From Myxococcota bacterium (lineage in GTDB: Bacteria; Myxococcota_A; UBA9160; UBA4427), in assembly GCA_036336835.1 (NCBI GenBank), contig JAYZFK010000094.1, forward strand, positions 51,728 to 115,727: a DNA stretch of 64,000 nt, in the 5' to 3' direction. Every line of letters begins with the position of its first letter. The first letter of the stretch is position 1. The position numbers and the translations under genes were made by a program. The notes beneath the pieces were generated by a model. The model searched no databases, was not told where the DNA came from, and saw only the letters and a list, made by a program, of their open reading frames with translations. Positions 1 through 9,488 of this stretch are shown one piece after another.

Positions 1-236
1 CACAGCTCCTCGTCTTCGTCGACATCTTCGAGGCGCAGCGGGTGCGGGGCATGGTCGTGGCCACTTTCCCAGCCAGGCAGCTGAGCGGCCTGCGCCATGA
101 CCGACTGCGCAATCGGCTCGTCGAGCAGCACGTCATTGTTGTCGAAACCTTCCGCCAGGCTCTCCCACAGATCGCGACCGCCGTTCTCCCACCACTCCTC
201 GGCTGAACACTCGAAGTCGATCGAGAGCCGGATCAT
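1..236 (-). CDS. Small acidic hypothetical protein (~78 aa, MIRLSIDFECSAEEWWENGG...DVDEDEEL); stop probably at the window edge
   Basis: Own translation. ATG at 236 overlaps the atl stop (TGATG), the frame is open to position 3, and the window ends on TG of a possible stop. Not in the ORF track. Confidence 0.6.
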   Translation of the reverse strand, partial: MIRLSIDFECSAEEWWENGGRDLWESLAEGFDNNDVLLDEPIAQSVMAQAAQLPGWESGHDHAPHPLRLEDVDEDEEL

Positions 237-604
237 CACTTCCCTCCGCGTCCAGCGGGCGGCGCAGTGGTCCGCGGCCGCCATTGCGACCGGGTCAGAT
301 CGATACGACCGCGCGGGTCGAACTCGACACCCTCTGCCTCTAGCAGTGCCCGCTGGACTCGTTCCATCCCCGCGAACGAGCGAGCGCTGACTTCGCCGCG
401 GTGGTTGACGACGCGCTGCCAGGGTACCCCCGAGCCCTCCGACAGCGCGTGGAGCGCGTAGCCCACCTGGCGCGCGTTGCTCGGCAGTTCCGCCAGCCGG
501 GCAATCTGCCCGTAGGTCGCGACGCGCCCGCGCGGGATCCGACGCACGATGCGGTAGATCCGAGAGTAGCTGCCGGCGCGGGCGTCGTTCGGTCCGCGAG
601 ACAT
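236..604 (-). CDS. atl: Alkyltransferase-like (MGMT family, Atl/YbaZ) DNA-binding protein
   Basis: IPRGRVATYGQIA and PWQRVVN, with Trp in place of the active Cys of PCHRV. ATG at 604 overlaps the prlC stop. Confidence 0.88.
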   Translation of the reverse strand: MSRGPNDARAGSYSRIYRIVRRIPRGRVATYGQIARLAELPSNARQVGYALHALSEGSGVPWQRVVNHRGEVSARSFAGMERVQRALLEAEGVEFDPRGRIDLTRSQWRPRTTAPPAGRGGK

Positions 605-2703
605 CACTGCGCGGCCCGCAGCCCCGCGTGCCGCAGCAGCGCATCGGTGCTCGGCTCCCGTCCTCGGAAGGCGACGAATACCTCCATCGGGTCGAAGCTG
701 CCGCCGAGGGCGAGCACGGTATCGCGGTAGCGCTGGCCAACCTCGCGCACCCTGGCCTCGTCGTCGAGCCCGGCCTGCTCGAACGCCTCGAAGGCATCCG
801 CCGACAGCACCTCGGCCCACTTGTAGCTGTAGTAGCCCGCTGCATACCCACCCGCGAAGATGTGCCCGAAGCTACACAGCAATCGATCCTCCTCGAGCGG
901 CGGCAGTACCGTGGTGCGCTCGGCGATACGCCGCTGCACCGCGTCGGGCGAGGCCCCGCTCGCGCTGCCGTCGTGCAGAGCCAGATCGGTGAGGCCGTAG
1001 AGCAGCTGCCCGAGCATGTCGCTGCCTGCGCGGTAGATCCGCGCGCGGTCGAGCTTCTCGGCCAGCTCGTCCGGCAATGGCTCGCCGCTCTCGACGTGCG
1101 CCGAGATGCTGCGAAGCGTGTCACGCTGATAGCACCAGTTCTCCATGAACTGGCTGGGCAGTTCGACTGCATCCCACTCGATGTTGCGAATCCCGGAGGC
1201 GAGCCCGTAGTCGACCGAAGTCAGCATGTGCTGCAGGCCGTGCCCGAACTCGTGGAACAGCGTCAGCACCTCGCTGAAGCTCATCAGCGAGGGCGTGTCG
1301 CCCACCGGCCGCGTCTGGTTGCACACCAGGTGTGCCACCGGCAGGCGCACGTCGGCTCCACTCGGCGCGAGCGCGCGACTGCGGCCGACACACTCGTCCA
1401 TCCAGGCCCCACCGCGTTTCTCCTCGGGCCGGGTGTACGGATCGAGATAGAAAGCCGCGAGCGGCGCCCCTTGCTCGTCGCACACGCGAAAGAAGCGAAC
1501 GTCCGGGTGCCAGACCGGCGCCTCGCCATCGGCCGGCGCGATTCGGACACCAAACAACCGCCCAGCCAGCCCGAACAGCCCATCGAGTACCCTCGGGAAG
1601 GGGAAGTAGGGCCGCAGCTCCTCCTCGCTGTACGCGTAGCGGTGCTCGCGCAGACGCTCGGCCCAGTAGGGCACGTCCCAGTGCGTCACATCCTCGGCCC
1701 CGGGAGCGCCCTGTTCGCGAGCGAAGGCGCGCAGATCCTCGAGGTCGCGCTGCCCGGCGGCGCGGGACGCTTCGCGCAGCTGCTCCAGCAGGCCGACTGC
1801 GCGCCCGACGTCGCGAGCCATCTTGACCTCCAGCGAGAGCTCGGCGTAGTGCTCGAAACCGAGCAGCTGCGCCTGCTCTGCCCGCAGCGCGAGAATGCGC
1901 TCGATCAGAGGTCCGTTGTCGTGCTCGCCCGAGCTCGCCCGCGTCTGATAGGCGCGATAGAGCCGCTCGCGCAGCTCCCGGCGCGGGCTGTGCTCCAAGA
2001 AGGGTCGATAGCTCGGGGAGTCGAGCGTCACGCGCCAGGGACCGTCCTCCGCGGTCGCCGCCGGCTCACCGTGGTCCCGAGCGGCCTGCGCCGCACCCGC
2101 CCGCCAGGACTCGGGCAGGCCTGCCACATCGGCCGGATCGGAGAGCTCCAGCGCGAACTCCTTGGTCGAGTCGAGCACGTGGTTGCTGAACTGGGTCGAG
2201 AGCTCGGCGAGCTCTTGCGCGACCTCGCTGAACCGCTCTCGCTGCGCCCCCTCGAGCCCGACCCCCGCGTGCCTGGCGTCGCGCAGCAAGCTGGTGAGAA
2301 TGCGCTGCTGGGCCGGCTCGAGCCCCCCCCACGCGTCGGAGTCGCGCAGGGCCCGCAGTCCGTCGTAGATCGTCCGACTCTGGGCCAGCTTCAGTCCGAA
2401 CACGACGACGTCCGGCTGCACCGCCTCGAACGCAGCGCGCAGCGCGTCACTGTTCTTCACGCCCATCAGATGGCCAACCACTCCCCATACCGAGGTGAGC
2501 GCGTCGCCGATGCGCTCGAGCGGATCGACCAGGTTCTCCCAGCCGGCTGCGACGCCAGACGCGAGCGCCTGCTCCAGGGCCTCGAGCGCAACGCCCTGAT
2601 CCTCGAGCACGCGGCGCATCGCCGGCTCCACGTGCTCCGGCTCGATCTCGTCGAAATGGGGCAGCTCGCCTTTGCGCAAGAGCGGATTGCGGTCCTGGGT
2701 CAC
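604..2703 (-). CDS. prlC: Oligopeptidase A (M3 metallopeptidase)
   Basis: HEFGH zinc motif, KRGGAWMD, DAVELPSQFMENW, GYAAGYYSYKWAEVL. GTG start at 2703 (alternative 2724). Confidence 0.95.
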   Translation of the reverse strand: MTQDRNPLLRKGELPHFDEIEPEHVEPAMRRVLEDQGVALEALEQALASGVAAGWENLVDPLERIGDALTSVWGVVGHLMGVKNSDALRAAFEAVQPDVVVFGLKLAQSRTIYDGLRALRDSDAWGGLEPAQQRILTSLLRDARHAGVGLEGAQRERFSEVAQELAELSTQFSNHVLDSTKEFALELSDPADVAGLPESWRAGAAQAARDHGEPAATAEDGPWRVTLDSPSYRPFLEHSPRRELRERLYRAYQTRASSGEHDNGPLIERILALRAEQAQLLGFEHYAELSLEVKMARDVGRAVGLLEQLREASRAAGQRDLEDLRAFAREQGAPGAEDVTHWDVPYWAERLREHRYAYSEEELRPYFPFPRVLDGLFGLAGRLFGVRIAPADGEAPVWHPDVRFFRVCDEQGAPLAAFYLDPYTRPEEKRGGAWMDECVGRSRALAPSGADVRLPVAHLVCNQTRPVGDTPSLMSFSEVLTLFHEFGHGLQHMLTSVDYGLASGIRNIEWDAVELPSQFMENWCYQRDTLRSISAHVESGEPLPDELAEKLDRARIYRAGSDMLGQLLYGLTDLALHDGSASGASPDAVQRRIAERTTVLPPLEEDRLLCSFGHIFAGGYAAGYYSYKWAEVLSADAFEAFEQAGLDDEARVREVGQRYRDTVLALGGSFDPMEVFVAFRGREPSTDALLRHAGLRAAQ

Positions 2704-2725
2704 GACTCTCCCGATCTCGGGCAAC

Positions 2726-4195
2726 TTAGCTCACCGTCGGAAGCTTCCGAGCCTCGCGCGAGCCCGCTCCACCGGAACGCAGGCAGCTTCCGACGACCGC
2801 GGTCGCGGCATTCAATGCGAGTCCCACCATGCCGATGTGCACGCCGCCCCAGCGCGTCACGCCAGCCAGGGTCAGACCGACGGAAAAAAGCGTACCGACC
2901 ACCAGGCCGCAGAGCACCGGTGCGGCCCGCAGCCGCGACCAGTGGATCGAGAGCAGAAATGCAGGAACGCACTGGATCAGCAGCTCCATCTTGAGCTCGA
3001 TCAGCCGCCAGAGGGTGATGTCGCCCTGGAGCGCGAACGGCACCATCGCCAGCAGGATCGCAGCGGCCAGCCGCTTGCCGATGCGAGCCGTTGCCTCGTC
3101 ACCGAGCGGCCGGGTGACCAGATCGCGTGCGGCGAGCGCACCGAGCGAGAGCAGGCACGAGTCCGCAGTCGACATGATCGCGGCGAGTGCTCCCAGGAAG
3201 ACGATCACGGCGCCAACGGTTCCCAGCGTTCCGGTCTCGGCCCACTGCGTCAGGAGCCGCGGCATCACCTCGTCCTGCGTAACGCCCTCCCCGAGGCTTG
3301 CGATCGCTGCGACGCCGATCAGTGTCACCACCAGCGTGGTGGCAAAGGGCATGAACGACATCGCGGCGAGCGAACGCTGCAGCGAGCGCGCGTCCCGAGC
3401 GGCGTAGATGCGTTGGATCGCCTGGGGATACAGCACGCTGCCGAGTCCGAGCAGCCCAATCGTGCTGAACCAGTTGGCAACGCTCGTCGCGTCGGGCACT
3501 GCCAACACCGCCGGGCGCACCTTGGCGACCGAGCCGGTCATCCCTGCGAGCCCGCCCGCCTCGCTCAGCAGCCAGGCCAGCAGCGACCCGAGCCCGACGA
3601 GCATCAAGAGGCCCTGCCCCGCATCGGTCCAGGCGACGGCGCGCATACCACCGCGCGTCTCGTAGAACAGGATCACGGCGGCGAGCCCGCTGACGCCCCA
3701 TGCGTACGGAATCGCACCGCCGGTCACGACACTGGTGACCTCGCCCATCGCCTGCAGCTGTGCGAGCAGGAAGTTCGCCAGCGCGACGGTCATCAGTGCG
3801 CCGACCGCGATGCCCAGCGCGCGGGCACCCGGCTCTCCCGCAAATCGATTGCGCAGGTAGTCGCCCGGCGTGACGAAGCCGTGCGCGACCGCCAGCGGCC
3901 GCAGCTTCGGTACCAGCGCGTGGAACACTACGACGATCGAGAGCATGAAGCCCGTCGACATCACGAACTCGAAGCCGCTCCGATAGGCGCGGCCCGGATA
4001 GCCGAGCAGCGAGTTGCCGCTGTACGCCGTGGCGTACAGTGTCAGGAACAGCACGAAGGTCCCGAGCTCGCGCCCGGCCAGGAAGTGATCACTCGCGCTC
4101 TTGTCGCGCTTGCGCCGGTGTGCAAACTCGGCGACGACGAGCAGCCCCGCCAGGTAGAGCCCGAGCGCCACGAGACCCAGCTGCTCGAGGCTCAC
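2726..4195 (-). CDS. Sodium:solute symporter family protein
   Basis: FLAGR, GGMRAVAWTD and AAIMSTADS motifs; many TM helices. Confidence 0.93.
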   Translation of the reverse strand: MSLEQLGLVALGLYLAGLLVVAEFAHRRKRDKSASDHFLAGRELGTFVLFLTLYATAYSGNSLLGYPGRAYRSGFEFVMSTGFMLSIVVVFHALVPKLRPLAVAHGFVTPGDYLRNRFAGEPGARALGIAVGALMTVALANFLLAQLQAMGEVTSVVTGGAIPYAWGVSGLAAVILFYETRGGMRAVAWTDAGQGLLMLVGLGSLLAWLLSEAGGLAGMTGSVAKVRPAVLAVPDATSVANWFSTIGLLGLGSVLYPQAIQRIYAARDARSLQRSLAAMSFMPFATTLVVTLIGVAAIASLGEGVTQDEVMPRLLTQWAETGTLGTVGAVIVFLGALAAIMSTADSCLLSLGALAARDLVTRPLGDEATARIGKRLAAAILLAMVPFALQGDITLWRLIELKMELLIQCVPAFLLSIHWSRLRAAPVLCGLVVGTLFSVGLTLAGVTRWGGVHIGMVGLALNAATAVVGSCLRSGGAGSREARKLPTVS

Positions 4196-4485
4196 GCTGC
4201 GCCCTCGTCACCGGCATCCCGGTCGTCCCCGCCACCCGCTTCACCCCCATCACTCCGGTCGGCGGGCAGAGCGTCCGAGAGCGGCGCGATCCACCAGGCG
4301 ACGGCGTTCAGGCAGGCCGCGCCCAGGTAGCAACCGACGGCGATCGCAACCCAGTTGGGGAGCCCCAACAGCAGTGGTGGCACCGCATCGGCCGCGCGGT
4401 ACCACGGAATCGAGACGAGATAGAGCAGACCGATCGCCCCGAGCAGCAGCGCGCGCAGGCGGCTTCGTCGGGCGGCCTCGGCCAT
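4192..4485 (-). CDS. Small two-TM protein (DUF3311/DUF997-like partner of SSS transporters)
   Basis: Two hydrophobic segments, PWY...LLGLPNW; stop overlaps the symporter start. Confidence 0.7.
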   Translation of the reverse strand: MAEAARRSRLRALLLGAIGLLYLVSIPWYRAADAVPPLLLGLPNWVAIAVGCYLGAACLNAVAWWIAPLSDALPADRSDGGEAGGGDDRDAGDEGAA

Positions 4486-4526
4486 GGAGGGGGTCGTAGC
4501 ATGCGCCTCGCGCTGAACTCCTCCGC

Positions 4527-5249
4527 TCACCCGAACAGCTCTCCCTGCGCCGGCGGCTCTCGGGCCGCGAGCAGCTCCGGTCCTTCGGCGCGCGCATCGT
4601 TCACGCGATCTGAGACGGCTCGCACGGCCGTGTGCTCGGCCGGCCAGGGCACCAACAGGTCTGCAAGCGCCCGCGGGTCCTCCAGCTCGGGGTCGAGCCA
4701 GCGAGCGTAGTGCGTAGCCGCGAGCAACACCGGCATGCGGTCGTGAAACTCTGCGACGATCGCATTCGCGGCGGTGGTCAGGATCGTGCAGCTGTGCACC
4801 GCCTGGCCGCCTGGGTCCCACCAACTCTCCCACAAGCCGGCGGCCACCCACAGCGCGCCCTCGCCTTCCGAGGGATGGAACCAGCTCGGCAGCTTGCGAC
4901 CGCCGCCGCCGCGCCACTCGAAGAACCCGGTCATCGGGACCAGGCAGCGGCGCCTGCGGATCGCCTCGCGGAAGGCGGGCTTGTCGGCGGCCGTCTCCGC
5001 GCGGGCGTTGATCATCCGGCTGCCGATCGACGCATCCCGAGCCCAGGTCGGAATCAAGCCCCAGCGATGCAGCGCAATCTGCCGCTTGCCCGGCTCGGCG
5101 CCGGCCTCACCCGCTGCCGCAATTCGCACGACCGGCACTGGCTGGCTCGGTGCCACGTTGAAGCGCGGCTGTAGGTCGAGCACCGGCTGCGCCTCGAAGT
5201 GGCTCGCGAGCTCTTGTCCGCTGCTCGTCAGCGTGTAGCGGCCGCACAC
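4527..5249 (-). CDS. SOS response-associated peptidase (SRAP/YedK, abasic-site protecting)
   Basis: N-terminal (M)CGRY, RFNVAPSQ, WGLIP, INARAET, FFEW, HDRMPV. GTG start at 5249. Confidence 0.93.
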   Translation of the reverse strand: MCGRYTLTSSGQELASHFEAQPVLDLQPRFNVAPSQPVPVVRIAAAGEAGAEPGKRQIALHRWGLIPTWARDASIGSRMINARAETAADKPAFREAIRRRRCLVPMTGFFEWRGGGGRKLPSWFHPSEGEGALWVAAGLWESWWDPGGQAVHSCTILTTAANAIVAEFHDRMPVLLAATHYARWLDPELEDPRALADLLVPWPAEHTAVRAVSDRVNDARAEGPELLAAREPPAQGELFG

Positions 5250-5292
5250 GGCGCTAGAGTACCGGCCCTGCCGATCCTGAACGAGGAGCTCG

Positions 5293-6330
5293 ATGTCCCC
5301 GCCCAACGCCCCGGACACCAGCGAGTCGAGCATGCTCGCGGACAGCCAGGCGCCCACGCCGATCCTGGCCGTGCGCGCTGCGATCGGCGGCGTGCTGATG
5401 GGGCTCGCGAACCTGGTGCCCGGCATCAGCGGCGGCACCATGCTATTGGCGGCAGGTGTCTATCCCTCGTTCATCTCGGGCATCGCCGAGCTCACGACAC
5501 TGCGCCTCCGTGCGCGCAGCGTGCTGGTAGTCGGCACTGTCGCGGCCTCCGCCGGGGTGGCGATCCTGCTGCTCGCGGGGCTGATGAAGTCGCTCGTCGT
5601 CGAACAGCGCTGGCTGATGTACAGCCTGTTCATCGGTCTCACGCTGGGCGGCGTACCCCTGGTCTGGAAGCTCGCCCGCCCGGCGACACCGGCCGTCCTG
5701 GGCGGCGCTGCCGCGGCCTTCGCCGCGATGCTACTGATGCAGCTCGGCGGCGACGGCACAGGTGGATCCGATGGCAGCCTGCTGCTGCTCCTCTTGTCTG
5801 GGCTGGCGGGCGCCTCTGCGATGATCCTGCCCGGAGTGAGCGGCGGCTATCTGCTGCTGTTGCTCGGGCAGTACGAGACCATTCTCGGGGCGATCGACCA
5901 GCTGAAGCGCGGTCTGCTCGGTGACGCGGGAATCGACGTCGCCCTGTTGCTCGATGCGCTGCGGGTCGTCGTTCCCGTCGGCATCGGCGTGGTGATCGGC
6001 GTCGTCGGTGTCTCCAACGCGATCAAGTGGCTGCTCGATCGGCACGCTAAGCCAACGCTGGGCGCATTGTTGGGCCTGCTGCTGGGTGCGGTCGTCGGTC
6101 TGTGGCCGTTCCAGATACCGGTCGCGCCCAAGCCAGGTGACGTGATCAAGGGCCAGCTGGTCCGCGCCGAGACGCTGGCCGAGATCGAGCAGGAAGACTG
6201 GCGCCTCGAGCGCTTCGCACCCAGCGTCGGACAGGTCGGCGCGTCACTCGGGCTGGCGGCGCTGGGGCTGGGCGCCACGCTGGCGATCGCAAGGCTCGGT
6301 CGCGACCCGGACCCCGCTTCCGAGAGCTGA
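5293..6330 (+). CDS. DUF368 membrane protein (family described as undecaprenyl-phosphate translocases)
   Basis: Duplicated motif MGLANLVPGISGGT / AMILPGVSGG; multi-TM. Confidence 0.9.
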   Translation: MSPPNAPDTSESSMLADSQAPTPILAVRAAIGGVLMGLANLVPGISGGTMLLAAGVYPSFISGIAELTTLRLRARSVLVVGTVAASAGVAILLLAGLMKSLVVEQRWLMYSLFIGLTLGGVPLVWKLARPATPAVLGGAAAAFAAMLLMQLGGDGTGGSDGSLLLLLLSGLAGASAMILPGVSGGYLLLLLGQYETILGAIDQLKRGLLGDAGIDVALLLDALRVVVPVGIGVVIGVVGVSNAIKWLLDRHAKPTLGALLGLLLGAVVGLWPFQIPVAPKPGDVIKGQLVRAETLAEIEQEDWRLERFAPSVGQVGASLGLAALGLGATLAIARLGRDPDPASES

Positions 6331-6494
6331 CACGGAGCAAGGGAAGTCGTCTGACCACGAACGGCACGCGCCCTGCCCGCCGGGCCTGCCACCGCGCGCG
6401 CAGGTCGCGCGCATTCTGTGTCCGATGTCCCTGTTTGCACGCTCAACCACGCGCGGTCGACGCGGCGCGCACGCTTCTTGCAAAGTCGATCGAG

Positions 6495-6581
6495 ATGCCC
6501 CGTGATCCGATTGGCGCGCTCGCCTTCCTGCTCGGCTGCTGGCTAGCCATCGAACTGCTGCGACCGCTGGTCACGCACTGA
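6495..6581 (+). CDS. Putative 28-aa hydrophobic small protein MPRDPIGALAFLLGCWLAIELLRPLVTH
   Basis: Own translation. Single TM-like stretch in an intergenic gap, followed by a GC hairpin. Confidence 0.35.
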   Translation: MPRDPIGALAFLLGCWLAIELLRPLVTH

Positions 6582-6632
6582 GCCGGCAGCCCGCGTGGGG
6601 GGCGGCTCGGTTCGCGATCCGTCCCGAGACTC

Positions 6633-7475
6633 CTAGCGCGGGCGGCGCCGCTGCTGGCCCTGAGTCTTGCCGAGTCGGGCCGGAGTCCGCGCGGTGAGCT
6701 CCCGGCAGTGCTTGCGCAGCGCCGCGACCTCGTCGCCGCGCAGCGGACGCGCCCTGCCGCGGGGGAGTCTTCCCAAGCGCAATGGGCCCAGCCGAACGCG
6801 CACCAGTCGCTTTACCGGGTGACCGACCAGCAGCAGGCTGCGTCGGATCTGGTGCTTGCGCCCCTCGCGCAGCACCAGACATAGCCGTGTGATGCCGGCA
6901 TCGGGATCGGGCCGCAGCTTCTTCACACTCGCGGGCGCCGTCATGCCGCCGTCGAGCCTCACGCCGCGCTCGAGTCGACGCACCGCCTTGTCGCCAAGCT
7001 CGCCACGCACCACTACCTCGTACTCGCGCTCGCTGCCGAGCGAGGGATGCAGCAACGCGTGTGCGATGGCGCCGTCGTTGGTCAGCAGCAGCAACCCCTC
7101 GGTGTCCGCGTCGAGTCGACCGACCGGGAAGACGCGCTCGACGTCGCGCGGCAGAAACTGGGCAACGGTGCGACGTCCCTCGGGATCGCGCAGTGTCGTC
7201 AACACGCCCTTTGGCTTGTTCAGGACCCAGTAGCTCGGCTTCGCAAAGATCAGCCCCTCGCCATCCAGAGCAACCGCGTCCCGTACCGGGTCGGCGCTGT
7301 CGCCGAGCTGCGCGACCGCGCCGTTGACCGACACGCGCCCGTCGCGGATCAGGGCCTCACAGCTGCGCCGCGAGCCGATCCCCGTGGCGGCAAGCAGCTT
7401 CTGCAACCGAGAGCGCCCTGCCGGCAGCGCGCCCGACGACGCGGGGCGCGCGCCGCGAGTCCTCCTGGCGGCCAT
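6633..7475 (-). CDS. rluB: rRNA pseudouridine synthase (RluB/RsuA family)
   Basis: S4 domain RLQKLLA...SRR, NKPKG, catalytic GRLD, EGRKHQIRR; follows scpB. Confidence 0.9.
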   Translation of the reverse strand: MAARRTRGARPASSGALPAGRSRLQKLLAATGIGSRRSCEALIRDGRVSVNGAVAQLGDSADPVRDAVALDGEGLIFAKPSYWVLNKPKGVLTTLRDPEGRRTVAQFLPRDVERVFPVGRLDADTEGLLLLTNDGAIAHALLHPSLGSEREYEVVVRGELGDKAVRRLERGVRLDGGMTAPASVKKLRPDPDAGITRLCLVLREGRKHQIRRSLLLVGHPVKRLVRVRLGPLRLGRLPRGRARPLRGDEVAALRKHCRELTARTPARLGKTQGQQRRRPR

Positions 7476-7479
7476 CGCC

Positions 7480-8202
7480 TCAGTCTACGATCTCGGGCTC
7501 GGTCCGGATCTCCGACTCGCCGGGCTCATCAGCCTCTGCGCCCGCCTGCACCGTCGTCGCCGAGACGTCCACCGTGCCATCGGGCACGACGATCTCGGGC
7601 TCCCCTCCCTCGGTACCGGTGGCGGGCTCGACGAGCCCGTCCGACTCGGCATCCTCGGAGCGCAGCAGGCCCTGCTCGCGCGCCAGCTCGTCGAGCTCGC
7701 GAAGCGCCGGCATCTCCTTGAGTGAGTCGAGTCCGAATACCTCGAGGAAGCGACGTGTCGTGCCGTAGACCATCGGCCTGCCGGGCACCTCGCGATGCCC
7801 GGCGATCCGCACTAGCTGGCGGTCGAGCAGGCTCTTGAGCACCGGGCCACACTCCACGCCGCGCACAGCTTCGACCTCACCGCGAGTGGCCGGCTGCTTG
7901 TAGGCCACGATCGACAGCGTCTCTAGCGCAGCGCGCGACAGCCGCAGCGGGCGCTGGCGATGGAGCTTCTGCAGATAGCCGGAGAACTCGGCCCGGGTCC
8001 GGACCTGATAGCCCCCCGCGACCTCCCAGATCTCGAACGCCCTGTCCTGCTCCTGATACTCGGTGTTGAGCTCGTTGACCAGGTCCTTCGCCTTGGCTGG
8101 CTTCACGTACGGGATCAGCTCCGCCAGCCGCTGGGCGGAGATCGGCTCGGGTGAAGCCAGAATCAGTGCTTCCACGATGCGTCGTTGCTCGGTGCGATCC
8201 AT
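7480..8202 (-). CDS. scpB: SMC-Scp complex subunit ScpB
   Basis: LSRAALETLSIVAYKQPATR, PGRPMVYGTT..FL. Confidence 0.95.
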   Translation of the reverse strand: MDRTEQRRIVEALILASPEPISAQRLAELIPYVKPAKAKDLVNELNTEYQEQDRAFEIWEVAGGYQVRTRAEFSGYLQKLHRQRPLRLSRAALETLSIVAYKQPATRGEVEAVRGVECGPVLKSLLDRQLVRIAGHREVPGRPMVYGTTRRFLEVFGLDSLKEMPALRELDELAREQGLLRSEDAESDGLVEPATGTEGGEPEIVVPDGTVDVSATTVQAGAEADEPGESEIRTEPEIVD

Positions 8203-8214
8203 TCGATGCCTCGC

Positions 8215-9069
8215 TCACATGAGATCAGAGATGCGCTCGCGCCAGCGAGGCGCAACGCGATCGCCGTCGCGCGTCGCGCGCAGACGGATCGGGCCCTCGG
8301 GACTGCCGCGCTCACCGATCCCCTGATAGAGGGAGAGCGCCTGCAACCGCGCCAGCTCGAGAATCGCCAGAAAGCTCGCCACCAGCAGCGGGCGCGACGG
8401 CGGCCCCTCGACGATAGGCTCGAAGATTTGCGAGAACTCGATCGAATCGACCCGCTCGAGCAGCTCCATGATTGCGACCACCCGATCGCGCACGGCAAAG
8501 CTCTCGGCCTCGAGCTCGACCTCGTGGACGGACTCGTCCTCGCAGCGCGCCAGCACGGAGCGAAACGCGTCGAGCAGCTCGAACAGCCCCACCTCGATCT
8601 CGCGCTCGCTGTCGGGCACCCGCTGGGGTCCGCCACCCTGCGCATCGAAGACGTCGCGCCCCAGCAGGCGGCGGCGCCCAAGCAGCTCGGCCACCTCCTT
8701 GTAACGACGGTACTCGAGCAGCCGCGCCACCAGCTCGGCGCGTGGATCGACGCCCTCGCCCTCGTCTTCCGCGCCCTCGGGCGGCAAGAGCATGCGCGAC
8801 TTGATCAGCGCAAGCGTCGCCGCCATCACCAGGTACTCGCCCGCCACGTCGAGCTCCAGCTCGCGCATCAGCTCGAGATAGCCGAGGTACTGATCGGCAA
8901 TCTGCGCCACCGGAATCTCGGTAATCTCGACTTCGTTCTGCCGGATCAGGTGCAGCAGCAGATCCAGCGGGCCCTCGAAGACAGGCAGCTTGACTGCATA
9001 GGCAGCAGCAGCCCCAAGGCCGTGATCCTCGACCAAGACGACGTCGCTGTGCGGCTCGTGTGAACTCAT
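8215..9069 (-). CDS. scpA: Segregation/condensation protein A (kleisin)
   Basis: FEGPLDLLLHLI, GEYLVMAATL..IKSRMLLP, FLAILEL. Confidence 0.95.
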   Translation of the reverse strand: MSSHEPHSDVVLVEDHGLGAAAAYAVKLPVFEGPLDLLLHLIRQNEVEITEIPVAQIADQYLGYLELMRELELDVAGEYLVMAATLALIKSRMLLPPEGAEDEGEGVDPRAELVARLLEYRRYKEVAELLGRRRLLGRDVFDAQGGGPQRVPDSEREIEVGLFELLDAFRSVLARCEDESVHEVELEAESFAVRDRVVAIMELLERVDSIEFSQIFEPIVEGPPSRPLLVASFLAILELARLQALSLYQGIGERGSPEGPIRLRATRDGDRVAPRWRERISDLM

Positions 9070-9153
9070 AATCTGACCGCAGTGCGCACGCGGTGGGGGC
9101 CGCGGCCTGCCGAGGAGCCGACACCAGATGGCGACAGCTCGAACGGCGTTTGG

Positions 9154-9182
9154 AGTATGGAGGATCCCCCTGGACGCGGCAA
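9154..9182 (-). promoter_or_regulatory. Putative sigma70-type promoter for scpA-scpB-rluB
   Basis: TTGCCG-17 nt-CATACT on the minus strand, ~85 nt upstream of scpA. Confidence 0.4.
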
Positions 9183-9488
9183 CGCGGGCTGGCGCGGCCC
9201 ACCTGCGGGGAGAACCTGCCCGAGCCAGCGCCTCGAGAACTCCGCGCTTCCCGAGGCGAGTGGTGGCGCAGGACGGCGCCTCGAAGTCATTGCTTCCAAG
9301 GAGAGCACTTTGTTCGGCGCTGCGCCGGACCCGGTGGGCATTGATCGAGATGACCGAGCCGGATATCGACCGCGCAACGAGCGAACCCGACCGTGAGCGG
9401 CACAGGTCTCGTTGAGTGAAGCCGCTTGCAGCCCGGCCGAAAGGCAGGCCGCGCGTGATACCGTCCGGCTCCCACGAGCGAGGCCGAG

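Noticed and set aside
628..2994. Long antisense and alternative-frame ORFs (e.g. 628-2994+, 36657-38405+, 39793-41487+, 5' part of 46921-49209-)
   Set aside because: Shadow ORFs of high-GC genes. They overlap well-supported genes on the other strand or frame and are Arg/Ala/Pro-rich without motifs.
9420..9460. GCC-GAAA-GGC hairpin as a c-di-GMP or other riboswitch
   Set aside because: Only a 3-bp GNRA stem; the other conserved riboswitch elements are absent.
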